NCBI GenBank assembly: GCA_964524145.1
Contig: CAZGCA010000018.1
Span: 7,087-71,086, forward strand
Length of the DNA stretch: 64,000 nt
Direction of reading: 5' to 3'
Source: an uncultured bacterium
GTDB lineage: Bacteria > Hydrogenedentota > CAZGCA01
The notes under the pieces were generated by a model. That model searched no databases, was not told the origin of the DNA, and was given only the letters and a program-made list of their open reading frames with translations. This document shows, in pieces, positions 1 through 8,055 of the stretch. The position numbers and the translations under genes were made by a program. The number at the start of each line of letters is the position of its first letter. Position 1 is the stretch's first letter.

Positions 1-71
1 CTCCTCCTGTCATTCGTCGGACTTCACCCCGATTTGCATCGGTAACGTTTTCAGCGATGCGCCGGCTACCC

Positions 72-923
72 TTACTCCGGCGTGGGTGCCGGGTGCCATT
101 GCCCGGTGCCTATTCGCGCAACCAGTGACGTGACGGGGTACTTGCCCGGGTACCGCACAAACTCGACATGCCCGTCCATGTACAAGACGTTGCAGCCGCC
201 GGGCTGATGGTTGAAATCACCGTCGGTCTGCATTTGGTCCCACATAAGGGCGACGAGGCTTTCGGCTGTCGCTGATGCCGCAGGATTGTTGATGTCGGTG
301 ATGAGGAACCGTTCTATTCCTTCGCGCAACCGGTATATGGTGCCCGTACCCGCATTGCTGAATGCGGGATGAGCCATCCCTGGGTATACACTAATATCGA
401 GATCCACGTCCGTATTGTGGTCGACGAACTGTCGCTCGCTGCCCCGCAGGATATCTTCGGTCCCGATCGCAAACAGCGTGGCGTACCCTTCGTACTCCTG
501 GGTGGTGCACCAGCCCAGGTACCAGTAGGATTTGTGCCTGATAAGCCTTGGATCGATTCTCCCGTTGACGTCACACCACTCGCAGTCCCCTCGAGGCGGA
601 GGGAATACCGCGTCGCCGTGCTTGTCGGAGGGGCAGACGAAGATGCCGATCTCGCTCACATATTCAGGGAACAGCGCCGGTCCCTGAGGAACCAGGTTGA
701 TGTACCCGGGATGCGTGCTTGTCAACTGCGGGAACCTCCCGTTCCACTCACCCGCGTACATCTTTAGCGCGAGCCCCCACTGCTTGAGGTTACTGGCGCA
801 GCTTGCGCGTCGCGCGGCCTCACGCGCACGGGAAAGCGCAGGCAGCAGTATGGCGGCGAGAATGCCGATAATGGCGATCACCACAAGCAGTTCGATGAGC
901 GTAAACCCCTTTGACTTCTTCAT
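72..923 (-). CDS. DUF1559 / prepilin-type N-terminal cleavage-methylation domain protein with C-terminal H-X9-DG motif
   Basis: N-terminus [45 protein letters not shown]-terminal [17 protein letters not shown]. Confidence 0.93.
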   Translation of the reverse strand: MKKSKGFTLIELLVVIAIIGILAAILLPALSRAREAARRASCASNLKQWGLALKMYAGEWNGRFPQLTSTHPGYINLVPQGPALFPEYVSEIGIFVCPSDKHGDAVFPPPRGDCEWCDVNGRIDPRLIRHKSYWYLGWCTTQEYEGYATLFAIGTEDILRGSERQFVDHNTDVDLDISVYPGMAHPAFSNAGTGTIYRLREGIERFLITDINNPAASATAESLVALMWDQMQTDGDFNHQPGGCNVLYMDGHVEFVRYPGKYPVTSLVARIGTGQWHPAPTPE

Positions 924-1023
924 GACGGCTTCCCTCCTTTACGTCTCGTGCCGCGAGCGATAGTGTGCACCCGGAACTGCCGTCTGGAACACCCGGCACC
1001 AGCGGAGTCCGTATCGGCGTCTG

Positions 1024-1725
1024 TTACCTAAACCCGGGGAGAACCCGGCGTGTTCGGGCGGCGTACTCGTCGTACTGCAGGCCGAATCTTGCCCGAAGTG
1101 CCCGCTCTTCCACATGTATTCTGTAGGCCACCGCGGGAATGCCTCCCGCGAGAGCCGCTCCAATCCCGATGATGCTCCCAAAACACAGCGAGAGTCCCGT
1201 CAGCTCGCTCAGCGCTCCCACATAGGCAGGATGGCGGAGAACCCCGTATATTCCCGTCGTTACCAATTTGTGAGAGGCCGATGTCTGAACAAACGGCTTA
1301 CAGGCTTCGCCGAGGGTCAGCCTGCCAAGTATCCGCAGCCCGCAGCCCACAACAAACAGAGGCACTCCCAAGAACTGAAGTCTGACGAGGTCGTTGGGAA
1401 AGGGGGTGATTCTCCACGACAACGCGTCAAGAACCGAGCAGATGCTGGCGGCAGTCCATGCCGATGCCACCAGCCAAAACGATCCTCTGTCCTCACGAAG
1501 AGTTCTTCTATGCGGCACACTTTTCACGACCAGCCACCCCGCCTCGAGTACCCACAAAACCAAACCGGCGAGACCCAAGGCGATGGGCAGCTTCGCGTTG
1601 TCGGGCACATTTGAGAACAGCCAGTCCGCCACCGGTTGGGGTTCCTTATTGTCCTCTATCGTCAGATAGGGGGCCCACCTTTGTGTCGGGTTTGACGGGC
1701 AGGTCTCGGCTACATCCAGACACAC
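1024..1725 (-). CDS. Isoprenylcysteine carboxyl methyltransferase (ICMT/PEMT) family membrane protein
   Basis: Hydrophobic helices, LVTTGIYGVLRHPAYVG and RIHVEERAL motifs. GTG at 1725 sits 6 nt after GAGGAG; the ORF track starts at TTG 1731. Confidence 0.85.
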   Translation of the reverse strand: MCLDVAETCPSNPTQRWAPYLTIEDNKEPQPVADWLFSNVPDNAKLPIALGLAGLVLWVLEAGWLVVKSVPHRRTLREDRGSFWLVASAWTAASICSVLDALSWRITPFPNDLVRLQFLGVPLFVVGCGLRILGRLTLGEACKPFVQTSASHKLVTTGIYGVLRHPAYVGALSELTGLSLCFGSIIGIGAALAGGIPAVAYRIHVEERALRARFGLQYDEYAARTRRVLPGFR

Positions 1726-1880
1726 GAACAACTCCTCTTTGCATCAATTTTACCGCACACGCGAGTCGAGACGCAACAGGGAAGAATGGTGCTGTAGGAT
1801 TTTCGATTGGTTGACAACAAGAGCCCGTGCTGTTGTACTATGAGGCGGGTCGGAGCTGTCCTGGAAATAGAGGAGACGAA

Positions 1881-3068
1881 ATGGCACGAATACCCAGCTA
1901 TTCGTTCAAAGACTGGACGTTGTCGCGTCACGATGTCTCTGGCGTCGTCTACCGGCCGGGAGTGAGGACACTTTTCGGGCGGCTCGGGGCCACGGCGCTT
2001 GCGGCGCTGGTCTTCGCGGGCGCGTATGTGGCATACAGCCGGGTTGGGCAGCCGCGTGTCCGTCGTCAGACCACCACGGTAGTCCAGGAAGAAGAGCTTC
2101 GTGAGATGCTTGCCGAAGGGGAGCGAGATCTGGCGGATATGGAGCAGCGCATCCGCGATACGCAGGGTGAAGCCGCCTGGCAGGAGTACCAGGCACGGAA
2201 GCTCGACCGGGAACAACAATATGCAGAGCGTGACGCGAAGGTCCAGGCGACTCGGGACCGAGAGGAGCAGATCTTCACGACGTTCGTGGAAGCGGGCACG
2301 TGGGTCTGTTTGGCAGTGATGGGTCTTTGCGTACTGGTCGGAGTGCTTGCCCCGCTCAGTTGCCTGTGGAACCGCGTCAGCATCGAACGCGACCCGTGGG
2401 GGAAACTTGTGGTCAGGAAGATGGGAGTGCTCCTGCCGTCAACGCGCGCATGGCCTATGGAAACGTTCGGCACTATCTCGGTGCTGGCCCAGGAGGTAGT
2501 GGTCCGCTCGAAAGCGCACCTCAGGAGAGTCGGCTGGCGGTGGCGGATAATGCTGACGGCGCGACCCGAGCCCCAGGCAGTCGGACCTTCCGGAAGCACA
2601 ATCACGAGTGGCGAACCTTTGATCGAGTTCGTCGTACACCAGCAGAAGGACCGTCCAAGCGAGGGGTTCATGCCGAAACGCGTCGGCGCGTTTCTGGCGA
2701 TCCTATGCAATCTCACCGGCCTTTCCTACTCGGGACCCGCGATCTCGGACTATGATTTCAGCCGTCGTCGCGTCGGGACGCCGGTTCGCACAGCCGTCTC
2801 GACCGGCGAGCCGATAGTCACGCGCCAAACGTTCCGGTCCGCGGACGAAGTGCCCCCGCATCTCCGGGCCCGGTTCGAGGAGATGCGCGCCGCCGCGCAG
2901 GAGCACGGTGCCCAGCCCGGCCGGCCCTTGCAGTCCGCAAGCCAGACCTTTGCATATCGCGACGAGCAGGGGCGCATGCACACCTACAGCTCGCTCGACG
3001 AAATGCCGCCGCAGATCCGAACCCGCTACGAGGAAATGCTCCGGCGCCACCGTCCGCCCTCACCGTAA
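1881..3068 (+). CDS. Hypothetical membrane protein with two TM segments, a coiled coil and a duplicated C-terminal motif
   Basis: AGGAGA RBS before ATG 1881; two hydrophobic stretches; TFRSADEVPPHLRARFEEM and TYSSLDEMPPQIRTRYEEM. Confidence 0.75.
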   Translation: MARIPSYSFKDWTLSRHDVSGVVYRPGVRTLFGRLGATALAALVFAGAYVAYSRVGQPRVRRQTTTVVQEEELREMLAEGERDLADMEQRIRDTQGEAAWQEYQARKLDREQQYAERDAKVQATRDREEQIFTTFVEAGTWVCLAVMGLCVLVGVLAPLSCLWNRVSIERDPWGKLVVRKMGVLLPSTRAWPMETFGTISVLAQEVVVRSKAHLRRVGWRWRIMLTARPEPQAVGPSGSTITSGEPLIEFVVHQQKDRPSEGFMPKRVGAFLAILCNLTGLSYSGPAISDYDFSRRRVGTPVRTAVSTGEPIVTRQTFRSADEVPPHLRARFEEMRAAAQEHGAQPGRPLQSASQTFAYRDEQGRMHTYSSLDEMPPQIRTRYEEMLRRHRPPSP

Positions 3069-3107
3069 GCTCCCCGGACCACCTGCCGAAATCCGGGAGA
3101 ATTGTGC

Positions 3108-3136
3108 TTGACAAGCATTGGAGTACTGTGTATAAT
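3108..3136 (+). promoter_or_regulatory. sigma70 promoter of tRNA-Met
   Basis: Perfect TTGACA-N17-TATAAT, 18 nt upstream of the tRNA. Confidence 0.85.
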
Positions 3137-3154
3137 CAAATGAAACTAGACTGA

Positions 3155-3231
<77 letters not shown>

Positions 3232-3238
3232 TATGTTT

Positions 3239-3278
3239 GGAACGGCTGGACTTAGAAAAACCTGAGTTCAGCCGTTCC
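3239..3278 (+). terminator. Stem-loop downstream of tRNA, probable terminator
   Basis: GGAACGGCTGGACT / AGTTCAGCCGTTCC inverted repeat (one G-U pair); weak T-tract. Confidence 0.55.
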
Positions 3279-3309
3279 CGTCTGTTTGGGTAGCGACCGA
3301 TGGGTAGCT

Positions 3310-3710
3310 ACTCTTTCGGGGGAGTTTCCAACGCATTACTTGTCAAGGTGTTGAGCAAACAAAGCCCTTCTTGACGAATTTTGGGGTCGGAACCCAACGA
3401 ACCCTGTAGCGGTCGCAATCGCCCAGTCTCATGCGATCGCCAAAAAAACCACGTTCGATGTTGCCGAACACGTACGGTATTACGGCGCAGTGAAACGCTC
3501 CGCGCACTCGCCCGGTCGGGCACGGAGGTACCCGCATGAAATAGTAGAAGTACGCCTTCGAGCCCACGTTCTCCATCCATCGAACCTGATTCCTTGCGTG
3601 CAGCAGAATGCCGCTGTTTGTCCCGAGGCGGTTCACGGCATAGCGCACGTCGCCATCGGTCTTTGCCGGGTACGCTGCGAAAATCCCGTCAGCCGCGTTC
3701 CCCATGCACA
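3310..3710 (-). pseudogene. C-terminal fragment of a type-B carboxylesterase
   Basis: KAYFYYFMRVPP...GAFHCAVIPYVFGN resembles the AYxYxFxxxP...GAxHxxEIxYVFG catalytic-His region; no N-terminal part; degenerate. Confidence 0.65.
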
Positions 3711-3768
3711 TCAGCTGGGGTGGATCACAATGTACCTGTCCGATCCCATTACGAGAATGAAAAAGATC

Positions 3769-3797
3769 TTGACACATCCAGACGGATAGTGTAGTAT
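3769..3797 (+). promoter_or_regulatory. sigma70 promoter upstream of the TetR fragment
   Basis: TTGACA-N17-TAGTAT. Confidence 0.6.
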
Positions 3798-3895
3798 GGT
3801 TACGATTCGTAGGCAGATTATGCGGCTGGTAGACGCTCAGAGCACATTTCAGGTTTTGGACATGTTGTGAGCGCCACGACATCAGGAAGATCGAA

Positions 3896-4104
3896 ATGCC
3901 ACGTGCGGGTTTGAACACCATCACACAGAGGGTGAGCAAGAAGCACCAGGAGGTTCTCGAACGGGAGAAACAGATACTCAGTGTCGCCAGAAAGCTGTTG
4001 GATGAGCTGGGCTATCTTGGTCTGACAATGGATCGAATAGCCGAGCAGGTGGGGTGGAGCAAGCCGACAGTTTACCAGCACTTTTCCTCGAAGGAGGAGG
4101 TGGC
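3896..4104 (+). pseudogene. TetR-family regulator, N-terminal HTH only
   Basis: ILSVARKLLDELGYLGLTMDRIAEQVGWSKPTVYQHFSSKEEV; ligand-binding domain missing, replaced by opposite-strand IS sequence. Confidence 0.85.
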
Positions 4105-4425
4105 CTGGTCGGTCCTCGACGCGCTACGCTCGTAGCTCTCGCAGATCCCCAGGTAGCCTCTTCGCTCCTCCACCATCGCTCTCTCAAACAACTCCCTGGC
4201 TAGTCTCATACGCTCCACCCTGCTCGATTCCACAACCAGCTCGTCACCGTTGTCCTTGACTTCCCTCCATAGCTCTGTTACTGTCAGCTCGGTCAGTGGT
4301 TTCACTACCATGGGTGTGTTCCTCCTTCCTGTTTGCTCGGTCCCTCATGGACCGATTTCCAAGGAAGAATACACCCTCCTCTTTTCTCTGACAATCCCTT
4401 CTTACACAGAACATGATACGCTACC
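4105..4425 (-). mobile_element. IS256-family left end and transposase N-terminal fragment
   Basis: RELFERAMVEERRGYLG..YERSASRTDQ is the IS256 N-terminal motif, cut before RNG; terminal sequence GGTAGCGTATCATGTTCTGTGTAAG (4425-4401) resembles IS256-type IRs. Confidence 0.75.
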
Positions 4426-4666
4426 TAGTCAATCAAGTGTGCATGACGGCCCGGATAGTAGTGGGTCGCCACGCGCATAGTTAATCTGCCCTTGCTGCGC
4501 TCCAGTACAGATCGGTCCAGCCGGTTCCTCGATCTAGCCCAGCAGCCCGCCTACGAGAGCTGCGACCCGTGCGTCAAACCCAATATCTAGGTACTTCCGT
4601 GTTCTGGCGCGAAGCTGGGATACTCTCGGGGGGGGGGCAGAACCAGACTCGTGTTATATTTGGTGT

Positions 4667-4708
4667 GGCGGGGGATGTCCCCACGATGAGGGCGTCCCCC
4701 GTCTTTCT
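4667..4708 (+). terminator. GC-rich hairpin plus T-tract just upstream of the AAA ATPase gene
   Basis: GGCGGGGGATGTCC-N9-GGGCGTCCCCCGTC followed by TTTCTT. Confidence 0.5.
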
Positions 4709-4745
4709 TACCACAAACAGACATGAAGCAAGGAGGATCAAGAAA

Positions 4746-5618
4746 ATGATACTTGAAAGACTTGGTATCTACGGATGGAAAGAACAGGACGAGAACGTTG
4801 TGATGGCGTCGCTGCTCACAGGGGATCCGTTGTTGCTCATCGGTAACCACGGGTGTGCCAAAACACACATCGCCAACAAAGTGGCAGAGGCGTTAGGGAA
4901 GAAGTTTCTGGTGTACGACGCCTCGAAGGCGATGTTCGAGGACGTGCTTGGCTATCCCAACGTCGAGAAACTCAAGCAAGGCGTGGTCGAGTACGTGCCC
5001 AGTCCCGTGACTGTGTGGGACAAAGAGCTGATCCTCATCGACGAGCTCAACCGCGCCATCCCGGAACTCCAGTCGAAATGGCTCGAGGTGATCCGCAGCA
5101 GGAAGATCATGGGATTCTCCACACAGGTCAAATGGGTATGGGCAGCAATGAACCCTATGAGCTATTCGGCAACACAAGCGTTGGACGATGCGCTCGTAGG
5201 CAGGTTCGCGCTGTTCATCTACGCGCCGGACGTGCTCGAGATGAACGAGGAAGACCGTATCCGCGTCACCACACACATCAACGGTGACGACGCGCCGGGC
5301 ATCGGCGAATGGGCACAGGGAGGAAATGGCAGAACCATATCGGGACAGGCCGTAGAGGCCACCGGGGCGAAGATGCGCGGAATGCTGTGCAAGGCCGCCG
5401 GTCATTTCAACGTGCTGCGTGCGGAGATGTCCACACTGTCAGAGTTCCTGGCAAAGTTCGCCGACCTGCTCATGCGCGAAACCAAAGGCGAGATCGCGCT
5501 GGACGGCCGCAGGCTGGGGTTCATCTACAGGAACATCCTCGCCAACCGCGCCGTCGAACTGGCCAAGGCAGAGGTGTTCGGATGCACGCCAGCGGGCGCG
5601 TTGTCCTCTTCCAGGTGA
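4746..5618 (+). pseudogene. MoxR-like AAA+ ATPase, C-terminally truncated
   Basis: AGGAGG RBS; Walker A GNHGCAKT, Walker B ILIDELNR, WAAMNP sensor, LDDALVGRF arginine finger; frame runs into unrelated sequence near 5585. Confidence 0.75.
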
Positions 5619-6040
5619 CGGACTCGGGGAAGCACGTACTGAGAAGACTCGGAAGGGATGTGCGAGACAGTATCCGTTCGGGAGGCATTGAGCATGAGTA
5701 CTGGAGGTACAAGACCGCCGAACATCTGGAGGCGGCAGGTTATGAGGTGCGTATGGAAGAGCCTGTGAACGGGTACGCGGACATCGTTGCAGTAAGAGAC
5801 GGCAGGCGAGTGGCCATCGAGGTCGAAACGGGGAAATCCAACTGGCGTGCCAATCTGGCAAAGAACGAGAGCCGGGAGTTCGGGCTGCTCGTGTTCGTAG
5901 CAACCAAAGAACAAGTACACAGGAGAATACAGGCCGGATTGAAGGATGAGGGCTCAAAACGCCCCGTCAGCGTCGTCCAGGCTCAGGAACTCGAGCATCT
6001 GCTGAAGAAAGGACTGTTTGACGAGAAGAAGGGCATCTGA
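5582..6040 (+). pseudogene. C-terminal fragment with a PD-(D/E)xK nuclease-like domain
   Basis: HEYWRYKTAEHLEAAGYEVRMEEPVNGYADIVAVRDGRRVAIEVETGK; begins abruptly inside the AAA gene end with no RBS. Confidence 0.6.
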
Positions 6041-6163
6041 CACAGAAGTACGGAGATTCCAGAGATACCGCCATTGCTTCTTCTCATTCTTGTAGATGAA
6101 GCTATAGTGAAGGTGTTTCAATTCAAGATAAGGAGAATCTCGGCATAACAGGCAGGGCCGTGT

Positions 6164-6556
6164 CTATCCCAAGATTCTCCTTATGAAAAGAAACAATAAC
6201 TCCCAATCTTCTGGTTTACTGATGCGTTTGCCCCGGTAATGGATGAGCTTCAACATCTCCAGGTCCTCCTTGCGGAGGTCCAGTTGCTTCCCTTTCTTCC
6301 GCGCCAGGTCCCTGAGGGACTTGGGAACCTGCTCCAAATCCGCTTCGGAGATGCCCACCGGAGCGCCCATGAGGTCCGCGACCGTCGTGCCCAGCGCCGA
6401 TGCAAGCTTGCGAAGTATCTCACCCGACGGGTTCTTGCGCCTGCCGTCCTCAATCTGCCAGATGTAGGGCTTCGAGACTCCCGACATCTCAGAGAGTTCC
6501 GCCACACTCATGTTGTTCTCTTCTCTGAGGCCTTTGAGTTTCTCTGCAAGCGTCAT
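6164..6556 (-). CDS. XRE/Cro-C1 family repressor
   Basis: MTLAEKLKGLREENNMSVAELSEMSGVSKPYIWQIEDGRRKNPSGEILRKLASALG is an HTH_3-type domain. Confidence 0.9.
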   Translation of the reverse strand: MTLAEKLKGLREENNMSVAELSEMSGVSKPYIWQIEDGRRKNPSGEILRKLASALGTTVADLMGAPVGISEADLEQVPKSLRDLARKKGKQLDLRKEDLEMLKLIHYRGKRISKPEDWELLFLFIRRILG

Positions 6557-6580
6557 CGTCTCACTCCCGTCACGACTACA

Positions 6581-6633
6581 ATGATATACCATAAGATATG
6601 CTATTGACAAGAAGTATGATGGTATGCTATATT
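6581..6633. promoter_or_regulatory. Overlapping divergent sigma70 promoters (XRE switch)
   Basis: Plus strand TTGACA(6604-6609)-N18-TG-extended TATATT(6628-6633); minus strand TTGTCA(6610-6605)-N18-TATCAT; TATGCTAT direct repeats at 6597 and 6623. Confidence 0.6.
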
Positions 6634-6675
6634 ATAGTAGACGGTATGCAGTCACATTCACAGAAAGGAGTGGTG

Positions 6676-6972
6676 ATGATGGAGTTTCTACAGGATACCT
6701 ACTACCGGAACCCGGGGCTATGCAACGTGGTGATCGGCCTACTCATATTCGGAGGGCTGGGAAGGATAGCCTTCTGGAGGAAGGAAGAGGGGATGAGTGT
6801 GGGCGGCCCGCTTGCAGTCGGGCTTGCGCTGTTGCTGACTATCGCGATCATTGTGTGGGGTGACGAGCGCAACCGGAGCATCCGGGAGTTCGGTCCTTGG
6901 GCGGTCGGGCTCATTATACTGGCGCTCATCGCGCTCGGAGTGCATGCGTTTCGCAAAGCCGGACACGAATAG
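6676..6972 (+). CDS. Small membrane protein with three predicted TM segments
   Basis: AAGGAG RBS; three hydrophobic segments; first gene divergent from the XRE repressor. Confidence 0.7.
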   Translation: MMEFLQDTYYRNPGLCNVVIGLLIFGGLGRIAFWRKEEGMSVGGPLAVGLALLLTIAIIVWGDERNRSIREFGPWAVGLIILALIALGVHAFRKAGHE

Positions 6973-7035
6973 TCGCTCCGCGCGAGTAGTGACAGAGGCG
7001 ATAGGTTTATAAAGCCAAACCCATTCTCGAGGTGT

Positions 7036-7248
7036 ATGACCGAAGAAGCACGACTCCGAAAATACTTGCGAGCGAGGAAAACGCTCCAACGAAAACTCAA
7101 CGACATAGACAGGAAACTCAACCACATCATCTTCCGACTGCGCGAGGAAGACCCGCGAATCAACGGTCCGGACAGTGGTCGCCTGGGTGATGAATGGGCG
7201 GATTCCTGCAATAGAGAAAGGCACGATGATACCGCACACGAGGACTGA
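7036..7248 (+). CDS. Small hypothetical coiled-coil protein
   Basis: GAGGTG RBS; RKYLRARKTLQRKLNDIDRKLNHIIFRL heptad pattern. Confidence 0.55.
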   Translation: MTEEARLRKYLRARKTLQRKLNDIDRKLNHIIFRLREEDPRINGPDSGRLGDEWADSCNRERHDDTAHED

Positions 7249-7298
7249 TACCGTCCACCATTTGGGCGGCCAGAAGTCCCTTATCGGTGGCGGTGTCT

Positions 7299-7590
7299 CC
7301 GTATGTGCGCGTGTCGCCAATTACATGAGACTCGCAACCTACTGTTGCCCCGGCGATTATGGCCTCACTGCAACACGGCAGCCGTTTCGTAAGTGCACGG
7401 TAAGTGCCAGAAGTAGCGGGAAATCGAGACATTTCTGGCGTATTATGCACTGGCAATTATCCGGGTTAGGATAGGCCTCGGGCACACACGATGGGGCGCT
7501 CTGGGTTAAGCTAGAACCTTCACGTTGTCGCTCTATGTTTCGATTCCGAGCGCCGCGTTGATCACGAGCTGCACGTCTATCGCGTGCGTT
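7299..7590. repeat. Intergenic repeat family copy 1, ending in an orphan dockerin C-terminus on the minus strand
   Basis: Colinear similarity to 24646-24935 and 16902-17040 (ccgtatgtg..ccaatta..cgcaaccta.tgtt..gcagccRtttcgYaagtgcac..taagtgcca); 7583-7533 encodes AIDVQLVINAALGIET*. Confidence 0.85.
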
Positions 7591-7637
7591 GAGTTTCAGC
7601 ACATTTGGGACAGATGGACTACTGGCAGGTGGTGAGA

Positions 7638-7680
7638 GTTGGTAAGTCCTTCTGGGCTACGCCCTCCAGGACTTACCAAC
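7638..7680. repeat. Perfect 13-bp inverted repeat
   Basis: GTTGGTAAGTCCT-N17-AGGACTTACCAAC, with an inner GGGC-TAC-GCCC hairpin. Confidence 0.9.
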
Positions 7681-7730
7681 CGGTTCGGCTTCATGGTAGA
7701 GTGGAGCATCGAAGAGATATGGAGGTGACC

Positions 7731-7820
7731 ATGAAGCAGGAAGCAGAAGCAAGTGGGGTGAGACAGAGCAGTACTATCGCCAGAGAGGTCGTGAAGCAGC
7801 TGCGCGTGTTTATGGCGTGA
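7731..7820 (+). pseudogene. Short ORF with strong RBS, possibly a transposase N-terminal remnant
   Basis: GGAGGT RBS; MKQEAEASGVRQSSTIAREVVKQLRVFMA* loosely resembles N-termini of some IS4-like transposases (memory-based, weak). Confidence 0.25.
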
Positions 7821-8055
7821 TCCCCTCTGTACATGACCGCCCTCTATTCGCTAGAGTTGATTATATTACAGACTATACTGACAGCAAGCCAGAATTGCCC
7901 AGAGAGGTCGGACCTCGATTTACAAATGTGCGTCGTACGGGTTATAATTGCGCTGCTTGGGAACGTTGCTCGCCATATGCGGGCATAGCAACGAGGTGGA
8001 GTTTTCAGCGAGGGTTTGCGCCATGGACCCACGTCGGACGTACAGTCTCACCAAC

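Noticed and set aside
4628-4637. G10 homopolymer as a phase-variation switch
   Set aside because: It lies upstream of the likely ATG (4746) and a terminator, in a decayed region, with no clear promoter spanning it.
7299-7680. Repeat family or 13-bp inverted repeat as integron attC sites
   Set aside because: The order is GTT...AAC rather than RYYYAAC...GTTRRRY, GTTRRRY is not conserved between copies, and no integron integrase is present.
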